Both the position numbers and the translations under genes were made by a program. A stretch of 34,255 nt of DNA, from positions 1-34,255 of the IMG/VR virus record IMGVR_UViG_3300045988_071774; one strand, given 5' to 3'. The DNA is from a virus. Under the pieces are notes generated by a model. The model saw only the letters and a program-made list of their open reading frames with translations, did not search any database and was not told the origin of the DNA. This document shows positions 25,201 through 32,209 of this stretch, one piece after another; the stretch's first letter is position 1; every line of letters begins with the position of its first letter.

Positions 25201-25517
25201 ACATCCCGCAGGCGGTGTACAGCGGCCTGTACTGGGTCACTATCCAGGTGACCGCGTCGAGTCACTACTCGTCGCTCTGGACGACGCTGCTCGTGGAGCT
25301 GAACCCTGCGGGTAACTGGGATCTGGCTGTCGGGAACTCCGTCCCCTTGGAGCCGGGCGTGAGGGGCGTGAAAGTGTCGGCTGCCGGGCTTATGCAGTTG
25401 CGCACGAACGTCCGCCTGTACTGGCATTTCGCGATCCGCACACCCGACATGGGGTCTGAGAACGGCTGGCTCGAACTCAACAACATGCGCCTGTCGGCGA
25501 TGTACATTTCGAACTGA
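22290..25517 (+). CDS. tail fibre / receptor-binding minor tail protein (1075 aa) with a ~250-aa Ala-rich coiled coil
   Basis: A coiled-coil repeat region (AAKDAAAAQKAALDAKASADAAMQKA...) spans about nt 22650-23420. The fibre-type motif ITSAKIGNAAIGSAQIADAAITDAKIGGLSVSKL follows. The C-terminal half is large and beta-rich. Confidence 0.75.
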   Translation: MTASDFSSAGSLFLDMQDARKSHAASDSITRWVKGQVVDTPDTDPTLPAGWVRVGMPYNEPDTYVTGETPGLYTWKGAMVTVRMHSDGTLLSISDGQDEPGDERTQVERLGPAGREIAGAMSDAVKAQKAAEEIKGRADVAAKDAAAAQKAALDAKASADAAMQKATTVEGQASGLDGKITAAQKAADEARAAVAGADAKATDAQNKAQAALDAVKKSGDNAAALAAATEAKQAADAAGTLARQAQTAAHQAQASVADAAQKAAKAQTLAEKADANAAAVKSTAESADAAAKKAASDAAAAQASYKSLQATVSANSADLVAAKLKADQATKDAVAAKDAASKATADALGARQAADAASSKASTLAGQVTVSPSVPVSADGQGKPKGAVWFVQDGQGVLTSQYTWDGVKWSLMPVDGSVIKDATITSAKIGNAAIGSAQIADAAITDAKIGGLSVSKLLVTGGAKIPRAVIDQLASDEAFIGKLSANSVTVDPENMLRDPGFTGSPSGVWAPSVPAGGSVAFVSDVKDAPGGRSSGARLVGGSTSEAQLNQQFKVPAGKVWVLRLTYRYLQGSAGGLQLKVGGTSLPAFPYKDTGWHTEDVDWSPASSVAGGVCQVCAGKGTKAEVAAIVLCQKVGATMLAPGSVTSDAIYASKELWAKVSAFGSVTTEMLTAGKATITGDAVIGNLKGNNIFGSKIVGSSMYAYSESAESLNKKGLPYKAVDADEGDWNSQAIPMTRVWANRYGGSDADGVCTITSASDTEMTGKYTSRLDFTYNACWETYVDLPDGDVFDATLDFWCADTAGTSEMEIVLLRDGIELSRNRTLDGWQTISIANWKKGDAGTRRYYLRVFPLYSPTNVSFKNLKLWYRTAYDTSSIRLKGNSLLFRQSQPDDKGTNSWFRFTNGQMYAAGTNQLEYQRPLKSLVMPPHFIGTTNQQRILQRNYWEWWPGKLQNDTEWFEYDAQDFRIGKNNIPQAVYSGLYWVTIQVTASSHYSSLWTTLLVELNPAGNWDLAVGNSVPLEPGVRGVKVSAAGLMQLRTNVRLYWHFAIRTPDMGSENGWLELNNMRLSAMYISN

Positions 25518-25529
25518 AAGGACCGAAGG

Positions 25530-26219
25530 ATGGCTGACACTAGATGGGATGGGGCGGTCGTTCCGACCGCGTACTCGGATCTGCTCGGTGCGTGGGGCCG
25601 GTTCAGTGACTCCGTTGGCACGTTCATCCGTGTCGCGTCGATGCAGGAGGCGCGGGCTCGTCTTGCGCAGGCGCCGGCCGGCGTGGTGACGTCCGCGTCG
25701 CCGGCGATGTTCCTGATCGGCGGCGTCCTGTACTCGGCGAACGGTTCCAAGACCGGCGCGGACTACAACATCGTTCCCGTGTCCGGCTACTCGGGTGTGC
25801 TCGTCGACCATTGGGACAAGTCAGACGGCCGGGGGCGCCCCACGTCGGACCACACGACGCGCCGGTGGGGGCAGTCCACGTTCCAGCTGCCCGTCCGTAG
25901 TCTCCTCGAGTTCAGCCTGGACGTGTGTGTGTCGATCGTGCACTCCGACTTCAACTCAGAGGAGGAGAAGAACAAGGCTAGCGGGTCCTACTACTTCGGC
26001 TTCCTGCTGGACAACGTCAACCAGTGGCAGACCGAGCTGCAGTACAACAGGACCTTCATGACGCACCATCTCTCCTGGAAGATGGAGGCCGACGCGGGCA
26101 CACACACGGCCGCGTACACGACGACCGGCTCGTACGGCACGGACCCGTACTGGCATTTCGACGGCGGCGTCTACCCTGGCACGCGCTTCCGCGTGTTCTC
26201 GCTCGGCGCCACAGACTGA
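25530..26219 (+). CDS. hypothetical / minor tail-associated protein (229 aa)
   Basis: ORF track. It starts 13 nt after the fibre gene with SD AAAGGA. No family recognised. Confidence 0.6.
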   Translation: MADTRWDGAVVPTAYSDLLGAWGRFSDSVGTFIRVASMQEARARLAQAPAGVVTSASPAMFLIGGVLYSANGSKTGADYNIVPVSGYSGVLVDHWDKSDGRGRPTSDHTTRRWGQSTFQLPVRSLLEFSLDVCVSIVHSDFNSEEEKNKASGSYYFGFLLDNVNQWQTELQYNRTFMTHHLSWKMEADAGTHTAAYTTTGSYGTDPYWHFDGGVYPGTRFRVFSLGATD

Positions 26220-26232
26220 CAGACGGGCTGTT

Positions 26233-26267
26233 ACCTGCCCCTCCTGTGAAACAATCGAGGGGCAGGT
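26233..26267 (+). terminator. 11-bp stem-loop separating the tail genes from the glycosidase gene
   Basis: ACCTGCCCCTC (26233-26243) pairs with GAGGGGCAGGT (26257-26267) around a 13-nt loop. Confidence 0.45.
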
Positions 26268-26289
26268 CTCGTCACTACTAGGAGGGGTC

Positions 26290-27621
26290 ATGGCTACGTT
26301 GGAGCCATCAGAGAGTCGTCGCGTGCGCACCGAGGCACTGTGCGGCAGTGTGCAGGTTTCCGCATACGGGGCGCCGGACGGCGCCAGGTGGGCCCGGCAG
26401 GCTGCCGCGCTCGGCGGGACGCACATGCGGCTGACGAACATCTTCGAGGAGTCGACCGCCCAGGCGGCCGCTAACGGCGGGGACAAGCTCGGCGAAATGG
26501 ACAACAAGGTGCGCGCCGCCGTAGACGCCGGGTTCCGTATCGTCGTTGACTTCTCCTACTACCGGAACCTCCTCATTAAGGAGAAGACGAACCCGTACTT
26601 CCTGGAGTGGCCGGCTTGGCTGTCGCCTATGGCGCAGATCCTTGGGCGTCAGTTCCCGGGCGCCGGCTACGACTACGCGCACGCCCCTGAGGTGGCCGCT
26701 GTGGCTTTGTCGGGCGAGCCGGACATCCTGTGGGGTGACAACAATCCGATCCAGCAAGCGAAGTCGGCCGACCAGTACCTGTGGGCGCTCCGGCAGCAAG
26801 CGATCGCGGTCCGGAAGTTGGACTACGACGGCCCTATCACTGCCGGCGGGTTCAATCACTTGAACTCTGATGGGCCTGACCGGGGTGCGTACGGCGATGC
26901 GGTGGACCGACTCGCTGGCGTGCCGTGGGTGGACGCCCTGACGTTCCACGGGTATGACGGGCCGGCGAAGCTGAAGTCTGGCATCTCCAAGTTCGTGGAC
27001 GTCGCCCAGTCCGGGGGGAAGATCGCGCTCATGGAGGAGTGCGGCTTCAACTCTGACAACACGACGGATGCTGTCAGAGCGGAGAAGTTCCGGGCGTTGG
27101 TGCCGTGTGTTGCCGCGTCCGGCCTGGCGGGCCTGGGGCTGTGGAACGTCGGGGACTACAACGGGTATGACGTGCGTGCCACCCATCCTGAGGCGATGAA
27201 GGCGTGGAACGAGGTTGTTGCCGCGCTGCCCGTGTTGGGGCGTGCTGGCGCGGCTGCGCCGTCTGGTGGTGGTTCCGCTCCGCTGCCGACGCCGCCCCAG
27301 TGGGTGGTGTTCTCGGGTGATGCCACCCCCGGTGACACGTTCATTGCTGCTCTGGAAGGGAACGCTCTTTGTGTGGGCCCTCGTTCGGAGTGGGGGACGG
27401 TGACGGTCCCTGCAGTCGGGCAGAAGCGACTGGCTACGATCCCGGCGCAGGTGCTCGGCGACCGGAAACCTCAGCGCGTCTGCTATCCGCTGCTGAAGAC
27501 CGACGGCACGTCGGACGGGTCGACAGTTGAGGTGTGGCCGAACAAGACCGTGGTCACGAACGTCGTGCCGAATGGTGGCGGGAAGCGTATCTGCCCGATG
27601 TTGTATTCGCCTCTTGCGTGA
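26290..27621 (+). CDS. glycoside hydrolase, clan GH-A/GH5-like TIM barrel, with a ~110-aa C-terminal beta-rich domain (443 aa)
   Basis: SD AGGAGG. The ordered motifs fit GH-A: RIVVDFSYY, ALSGEPDI (acid/base Glu), TFHGYD, IALMEECGF (nucleophile Glu) and GLGLWNV. The family assignment is unverified. Confidence 0.55.
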   Translation: MATLEPSESRRVRTEALCGSVQVSAYGAPDGARWARQAAALGGTHMRLTNIFEESTAQAAANGGDKLGEMDNKVRAAVDAGFRIVVDFSYYRNLLIKEKTNPYFLEWPAWLSPMAQILGRQFPGAGYDYAHAPEVAAVALSGEPDILWGDNNPIQQAKSADQYLWALRQQAIAVRKLDYDGPITAGGFNHLNSDGPDRGAYGDAVDRLAGVPWVDALTFHGYDGPAKLKSGISKFVDVAQSGGKIALMEECGFNSDNTTDAVRAEKFRALVPCVAASGLAGLGLWNVGDYNGYDVRATHPEAMKAWNEVVAALPVLGRAGAAAPSGGGSAPLPTPPQWVVFSGDATPGDTFIAALEGNALCVGPRSEWGTVTVPAVGQKRLATIPAQVLGDRKPQRVCYPLLKTDGTSDGSTVEVWPNKTVVTNVVPNGGGKRICPMLYSPLA

Positions 27622-27656
27622 CTGTCGCCACAGGCGCCCGGTGGGACACTGAGCCT

Positions 27657-28130
27657 ATGCATGAGATTTCGTTCCCTCCGCTCCCGGCGGAGCTGATCGG
27701 CGCCGCCTTGGCCGGTGTCGCCTCGTGGGTGGGGTGGTTGTTCGCGAGGGCTGACCGGACCGCAGACCGACGCGTTGAAGCGTTGGAGGCGGTCACGAAG
27801 GCGTTGACTCGTAGGGTGCAGCTCCTGGAGGAAGGACGTGAAAAAGCGGAGACGGCGCGCGACCTCGCTGAGGAGGAGGCGCACCGTCTCCGCGTCCGCA
27901 CGTTCCGACTGGAGGAGTACGCGGCGGCTTTGCTGAGGTGGGGTGTTGGTCTGGTGGAGATGATGGCGCCGTCAGAGCAGCCGCCTAAGCCGCCGTCACC
28001 GCCAGCCGACCTCGATGATGTGGGCTATCTGGGTGGCTGCGGCGTGTCGGCTGGTCCCTTTCCAGCGGACGCCGGCGGCTGCCACGTACCAGGTGACGCC
28101 TCGGCGGGTGAGGGTCACTCGGGTTCCTGA
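27657..28130 (+). CDS. N-terminally membrane-anchored coiled-coil protein (157 aa), possible holin or lysis accessory
   Basis: The TM segment is LIGAALAGVASWVGWLF, followed by a helical charged region. The 3' 135 nt overlap the convergent gene 27996..28253, so the true 3' extent is uncertain. Confidence 0.55.
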   Translation: MHEISFPPLPAELIGAALAGVASWVGWLFARADRTADRRVEALEAVTKALTRRVQLLEEGREKAETARDLAEEEAHRLRVRTFRLEEYAAALLRWGVGLVEMMAPSEQPPKPPSPPADLDDVGYLGGCGVSAGPFPADAGGCHVPGDASAGEGHSGS

Positions 28131-28253
28131 CGGGCGCCGGCCTCTGCGGATGGTCGCTTCGTGGAGGCCGGTCGCTACCTTCAGCTGGGTGCAGTCGAGG
28201 CCGCATGCGTCGAGGATGGTGAGGGCTTCGCTGATAACTCCGGCGGGGGTCAT
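27996..28253 (-). CDS. small HTH DNA-binding protein (85 aa), last gene of the leftward operon
   Basis: The HTH-like segment is CTQLKVATGLHEATIRRG. ATG 28253 directly abuts the stop of the upstream gene (TGAATG). In the overlap with 27657..28130, third-position G+C is higher in this frame. Confidence 0.6.
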   Translation of the reverse strand: MTPAGVISEALTILDACGLDCTQLKVATGLHEATIRRGRRPSGTRVTLTRRGVTWYVAAAGVRWKGTSRHAAATQIAHIIEVGWR

Positions 28254-28418
28254 TCAGTTCACCCCCAGCCACTGCCAGAGGCCCCAGATGGCGAGGGTGG
28301 AGCCGAGGACGGTGAGGCCGGCGGCGAGGCCGGCGACGGTGTAGGCGATGCCGGCGAAGATGAGCTGGCCGGCTCGGTTGAGCTTGCGGTCGGTGGTGGT
28401 GGGGGCTGCGTGACGCAT
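28254..28418 (-). CDS. small membrane protein (54 aa), absent from the ORF track
   Basis: Hand translation gives MRHAAPTTTDRKLNRAGQLIFAGIAYTVAGLAAGLTVLGSTLAIWGLWQWLGVN*. Nearly every codon ends in G or C. SD AAAGGAA lies upstream. Confidence 0.7.
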   Translation of the reverse strand: MRHAAPTTTDRKLNRAGQLIFAGIAYTVAGLAAGLTVLGSTLAIWGLWQWLGVN

Positions 28419-28530
28419 TAGAGGTGTTCCTTTCGGTTGGTGGCGTCCAGTTGTTCAAGTCCGCGGGTGAGCATGAGGGCTGCTTGGCGGGCTACGGCCG
28501 GTAGTGCGGCGTTCAATGCTTCGTCTCCTT

Positions 28531-28755
28531 TCAGGCGGTGCGGACGATGATGATGGATCCGACGGGGGCGGTGGTGTAGGCCCCTTTCTGGGTGCCTGCG
28601 CGGCCGCCTCGGAGGGTGAGTGTGCGGTAGGCGGGCCGGCCGGGGGTCGGGGTGTTGGCTTCGACCCTCCAGGTGGCTCCTTCGCGGATGATGAGGCTGC
28701 CGGCGGAGACGTCCTCGATGGGGGTGGGTTTGGCCGGCTGGTGGGGGTGCATCAT
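28531..28755 (-). CDS. hypothetical protein (74 aa)
   Basis: ORF track. Third-position G+C is high. SD AAAAGGAA lies upstream. Confidence 0.65.
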   Translation of the reverse strand: MMHPHQPAKPTPIEDVSAGSLIIREGATWRVEANTPTPGRPAYRTLTLRGGRAGTQKGAYTTAPVGSIIIVRTA

Positions 28756-28798
28756 TTCGGGGTTCCTTTTCCGGGGTCGTAGGAGGCCTTCTGATGGC

Positions 28799-29020
28799 CT
28801 AGCGGTCGCTGCCCTTGGTGGTTGCCTGGGCGGCCTCCTTGAGGGTGTTGTAGAGGCTGTCGAGCGTGTCTGAGGGGCCGTAGGGGACGTGGGCGGCCTG
28901 GCGGGCTCGGGCTTGGATGGTGACCCATCCGTCTTCGATGACGACCTTGGTGCTGGCGGGCAGTTCCTGGTCGGCGATGACGTTCCAGGCGGCGATGCGG
29001 GCGATTGTTGCGGCGTTCAT
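28799..29020 (-). CDS. hypothetical protein (73 aa)
   Basis: ORF track. SD AAAGGA precedes ATG 29020. Confidence 0.65.
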   Translation of the reverse strand: MNAATIARIAAWNVIADQELPASTKVVIEDGWVTIQARARQAAHVPYGPSDTLDSLYNTLKEAAQATTKGSDR

Positions 29021-29035
29021 GGGGGGTCCTTTGGC

Positions 29036-29063
29036 GGCTCCGGGGGCAGATGCCCCCGGAGCC
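29036..29063. other. near-perfect palindromic hairpin between two small leftward genes
   Basis: GGCTCCGGGGGCA and TGCCCCCGGAGCC form 13-nt arms separated by GA. TTT follows on the plus strand. On the minus strand the hairpin sits directly before the SD of the next gene. Confidence 0.5.
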
Positions 29064-29072
29064 TTTGGGTGG

Positions 29073-29315
29073 TCAGAGGGTGTTGAGTGCGTCTGTGTCG
29101 AGGCGTCCCATGACGGTCAGCCAGGCGCAGAGGTCGCTGTGCAGGTCGCCGCTGGGGGAGCCGTCGTAGGGGAGGCCCCGCTGGTCGACGTCCTGGAAGA
29201 CCTGCTGGTCGCCGAGGGTGAGGGTCCACCGGGTGAGGGGGTTGCCTGCCGCGTCAGTGCGGGGGGTGGCGTCCAGCTGGGCGGCCTGCAGGGGGGAGGT
29301 GGTGTCGGTGTTCAT
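29073..29315 (-). CDS. hypothetical protein (80 aa from ATG 29315)
   Basis: ORF track lists 29073..29339. The internal ATG 29315 has SD AAAGGAAA, so it is preferred. Confidence 0.65.
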   Translation of the reverse strand: MNTDTTSPLQAAQLDATPRTDAAGNPLTRWTLTLGDQQVFQDVDQRGLPYDGSPSGDLHSDLCAWLTVMGRLDTDALNTL

Positions 29316-29356
29316 GTCCGTTTCCTTTCTGTTGGTCAACGTGTTGGACGTGGGTG

Positions 29357-29385
29357 ATGTTTCTGGTGTGCGGCGTAGACGTCAA
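29357..29385 (-). promoter_or_regulatory. possible internal leftward promoter: TTGACG, 17 bp, AAACAT
   Basis: The minus strand reads TTGACG (29385..29380), a 17-nt spacer, then AAACAT (29362..29357). It lies upstream of the small-gene cluster. The -10 element is imperfect. Confidence 0.3.
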
Positions 29386-29397
29386 GGCCGCCTGGCC

Positions 29398-29411
29398 GTG
29401 AGGTCGGTCAC
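29398..29411. promoter_or_regulatory. GTGAC-N4-GTCAC-like dyad, copy 3 (GTGAGGTCGGTCAC, 9/10)
   Basis: It lies in the 238-bp non-coding gap, just upstream (in minus-strand sense) of the putative promoter. Confidence 0.35.
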
Positions 29412-29429
29412 GCGGCCGCCGAAGTGGGG

Positions 29430-29479
29430 GAACTCCGGCCTTCCCGGGCGCCAGGGCGGGGGCGGGAGGGCCGGAGTTC
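29430..29479 (-). terminator. 16-bp stem-loop downstream of the metallophosphoesterase gene
   Basis: GAACTCCGGCCTTCCC (29430-29445) pairs with GGGAGGGCCGGAGTTC (29464-29479), with one G-U position and an 18-nt loop. Confidence 0.5.
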
Positions 29480-29553
29480 GGAATGCTGTAGGACCACACG
29501 TCGAGAACGTCTCGGCCACGCAGGCGGTTAACGACATGCGGTCGTGACGGAAG

Positions 29554-30708
29554 TCAGGGCCAGAGGCGCCAGCCGGACGAGGTTCCCCCGCTCAGCTCAA
29601 ACGTCAGCAGGGCCGGCCGGGACGAATCCCCGCTGGCGTTCTGAAACCAGGCGCTGCCGGGGTCGATGGTCGGGGCGCAGATGATCTGTCGGCTGTCTCC
29701 GACCGTCTGCACGGAGAATGAGTGCCAGTGGCCGTGCAACAGCACCCTGGCGTTTTGCATGCCCGCCACGCAGCCGAACGCCTGCCCGCGGAACCAGTCC
29801 GCGACATGGTTCTTGCTGCCGGCTGCGTGACCGTGAGTGACCCCCATGACCGTCCCGTCGGCGGCACGCACGGTCAGCGACTCCAGTCGCCGTTCCGGCG
29901 TCTCGAACTGGACGTGCTCGTAGCCGGGACGGCCAGCAACGATCTGCTGGATGTTGTCGGCGATCAGCAGCCCGTAGTCATCCCCGGGGAACGACGCCCG
30001 GTTGCTGCGGCCGATCCCTACGCGGACCTGGCAGTGGTTCGACGGGACCGCCACATAGGTGACCTCCGGCGCGGCCGGCGCCAGAACCCGGAGTGTGTCG
30101 GCGAGCAGCGCCTGCGCCGTCCTGATCTGGTAGGTGAGCGGCAGGTCGTTGGTCTGCGCCTGGCTGGCCGTGTTGCTGAACCCTTCGGTTGAGTCGCCGC
30201 AGTCCACGAGGATGACCTTCCGGTACCGGCCGGCCACATGGTCGGCGATCCGGGCGGTGGCGGCGCGGACCCGGCGGATGGTCTCCTCGGTGCCGCCTCC
30301 CCGGTCGGTCTTCCCGATCTGCAGGTCGGACACCACGACCACGACCGTCGACTGGGACTTCACGTCAGGGGCCGGCGAGACGGGCTCCGCGAAGATCGGA
30401 GCCAGGTCCTCGAACCGCTTCGCCTGCACCTCGCCGCGCTCGATAACGCCCGGCTTGTACGTGATCTTCTCGTACGACCCGTCAGCCAGACGCACTGTCT
30501 TCCCGCGGGCCGAGATGGCCTCGACGGGCACTCCGAAGTACTCGTCTACACCGCCCTTGCTCATCTCACTGCGCCGCTTCAGTGCCTTCCTGTGCCGCCT
30601 GACAGCGGCCTCCGAGGTGCCGTACTCGTCGGCGATGGCCTGGTTGGTGCGCCGCTGATGCTGTGGAAGGGCATCGTTCTCGAGGATCGCCTCGTCCAAA
30701 GGTGTCAC
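29554..30708 (-). CDS. calcineurin-type metallophosphoesterase (Mre11/SbcD-like fold) with N-terminal HTH (384 aa)
   Basis: Motifs VVVVSDLQIGK, LVDCGDSTEG, VPSNHC, THGHAAG and LLHGHWH. The N-terminal segment TNQAIADEYGTSEAAVRRHRKAL is HTH-like. GTG 30708 forms a GTGA overlap with the nrdH stop. Confidence 0.75.
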   Translation of the reverse strand: MTPLDEAILENDALPQHQRRTNQAIADEYGTSEAAVRRHRKALKRRSEMSKGGVDEYFGVPVEAISARGKTVRLADGSYEKITYKPGVIERGEVQAKRFEDLAPIFAEPVSPAPDVKSQSTVVVVVSDLQIGKTDRGGGTEETIRRVRAATARIADHVAGRYRKVILVDCGDSTEGFSNTASQAQTNDLPLTYQIRTAQALLADTLRVLAPAAPEVTYVAVPSNHCQVRVGIGRSNRASFPGDDYGLLIADNIQQIVAGRPGYEHVQFETPERRLESLTVRAADGTVMGVTHGHAAGSKNHVADWFRGQAFGCVAGMQNARVLLHGHWHSFSVQTVGDSRQIICAPTIDPGSAWFQNASGDSSRPALLTFELSGGTSSGWRLWP

Positions 30709-30983
30709 TTGCTGACTTCTTCCTTGTAGTTGCTCACCCACTGGCGGAGCTTGAACATGTTGAACCCGCCCCAGTGGTCGAGCGTGTCACCGGTGCGCTT
30801 GTCGACCACATAGCAGACGGGCGCGGCAGTGTAGCTGTTGGCGGCAGCGATTGCCTGCGCGGTGTTGTCGTTCTTGTACTTCGTCTCCAGGTAAGGAGTG
30901 TTGTTCTTGGTGAGGTACCGCTTGGAGGAGCGACACTGTTGGCAGGACGGCTGGGATGCGATCATGATTTCGAATGAAGTCAT
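30705..30983 (-). CDS. nrdH: NrdH-like glutaredoxin (92 aa), lower G+C than its neighbours
   Basis: The CQQC redox motif follows the first beta strand, and WGGFNMF resembles the NrdH WSGFRP signature. Confidence 0.7.
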   Translation of the reverse strand: MTSFEIMIASQPSCQQCRSSKRYLTKNNTPYLETKYKNDNTAQAIAAANSYTAAPVCYVVDKRTGDTLDHWGGFNMFKLRQWVSNYKEEVSK

Positions 30984-31025
30984 TGGTTTCTACCTTCTGT
31001 TTTATGAGCGTCTGCGTGCAGTGGG

Positions 31026-31067
31026 ACGCGCGGGGGGTACTCCCGGCTGGTTTCCCCCCCCGCGCGT
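31026..31067 (-). terminator. 12-bp GC stem-loop between ssb and nrdH
   Basis: ACGCGCGGGGGG (31026-31037) pairs with CCCCCCGCGCGT (31056-31067) around an 18-nt loop. Confidence 0.45.
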
Positions 31068-31075
31068 ATCGCCTG

Positions 31076-31474
31076 TCAGAACGGCGTGTTGAACGTGTTC
31101 GACATGGTCGGTGCGAGCGCCTGCACGCCGCCGGCCTTGTCGGCCTTCTTGATGTAGCCGAGGAGCTTCGGGAATCGGACCTCGAGGGCGACACCGGACT
31201 TGTTGTCGTGCTGCCAGTCACGGCGGATGAGCGTGCCGGTCACGGACACCCGGTCACCCTTGTGGAGGATGTCGCCGAGGTAGTTCTCCCGGTCGCCGAA
31301 GAATGTGACGTCGATGTACAGCGGGTCCCCGTCGTCTTCCCACTGCTTCGTGTCCCGATTCTGGGTTCGCCTGGTGGCGGCGAGGGCGAGCTTCAGCATG
31401 GGAGTGCCGGACTGTGCGTACCTGACCTCCGGGTCCTTAGTGAGCGTTCCTGTAACGGCGATCTCAGCGGTCAT
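31076..31474 (-). CDS. ssb: single-stranded DNA-binding protein (132 aa)
   Basis: The OB-fold pattern is VTGTLTKDPEVRYAQSGTPMLKLALAATRR...YIDVTFFGDRENYLGDILHKGDRVSVTGTLIRRDW. The C-terminal tip is ...NTPF. ATG 31474 has SD GGAAGGAG. Confidence 0.85.
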   Translation of the reverse strand: MTAEIAVTGTLTKDPEVRYAQSGTPMLKLALAATRRTQNRDTKQWEDDGDPLYIDVTFFGDRENYLGDILHKGDRVSVTGTLIRRDWQHDNKSGVALEVRFPKLLGYIKKADKAGGVQALAPTMSNTFNTPF

Positions 31475-31844
31475 TGATGCTCCTTCCGTTGAGCAAGTTG
31501 ATGATGGTGACAAGGTCGGTGACGGTCATGGTTACCCACTGGTCTTCGGGTTTGCCATTGCCGTGTCTTTTGTGGATGACTATGCCGGCGGCGGCTCCGA
31601 TGTTGCCGGCTTCGGTATGCGCCTCCCGCGTCCACTTCGGCAGGTCCATTCGGGTGACGTTCTTGCATTCGACGGCGACGCGTCTGCCGGCGATGTGGAC
31701 TCCGGCGATGTCTCCGGAGTCGTGGGCCCCGGTCTTGACTTGCCGGTCGACGTGGAGGTCGTACAGCCGGTCGTTGAGGTGGTCTGCGATGAGCCGTTCG
31801 AACCGGCTGCCGGCGGCTTTCGCGGATCTCAGGTTGCGTCCCAC
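31464..31844 (-). CDS. PD-(D/E)XK nuclease, Holliday-junction-resolvase-like (126 aa)
   Basis: GDIAGV...VAVECK gives a D...E-x-K arrangement. The size and context between recombination genes fit a resolvase. GTG start. Confidence 0.55.
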   Translation of the reverse strand: MGRNLRSAKAAGSRFERLIADHLNDRLYDLHVDRQVKTGAHDSGDIAGVHIAGRRVAVECKNVTRMDLPKWTREAHTEAGNIGAAAGIVIHKRHGNGKPEDQWVTMTVTDLVTIINLLNGRSINDR

Positions 31845-32209
31845 GCTTCGAGCAACTCCCTCTCGACCTGGTCATAGACGGCGGCCAGCTGGCCTCGCAG
31901 GTGCTCGCACATCTCGGTGGTGTCTTCCTGTCGGGCAGCGAGGTAGGCCTCCGCGTCAGTGAAGTGCGCCTGCAGGGAGTCGAGGCCGGCCCCGGGTCCG
32001 GGGCCGCAGGCGGCGATGTTGTCGATGTGCCTGCGCGCGTACCAGCGGGCTTTCGCCATGTCCTCCTCGTACGAGATGCTGGCTTTGGCGCCGGCGCGGA
32101 GCGCGTACTTCAGGATGTTGCCGATCGGGAATGACTCCCTTTCGGACAAGGTAATGACCTCGACGGGCCACCGCGTGTAGTGGGCGGGGTGGTTCACATT
32201 GTCGTTCAT
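31829..32209 (-). CDS. DUF3310-family protein (126 aa)
   Basis: The N-terminus NHPAHYTRWPVEVITLSERESFPIGNILKYALRAGAK...DMAKARWY matches the DUF3310 pattern. Confidence 0.7.
   Translation of the reverse strand: MNDNVNHPAHYTRWPVEVITLSERESFPIGNILKYALRAGAKASISYEEDMAKARWYARRHIDNIAACGPGPGAGLDSLQAHFTDAEAYLAARQEDTTEMCEHLRGQLAAVYDQVERELLEAWDAT

Noticed and set aside
27996-28253. The small HTH protein as an excisionase, marking a lysogeny module.
   Set aside because: No integrase or attP-like region exists anywhere in the complete genome. The HTH resemblance alone does not support an excisionase call.
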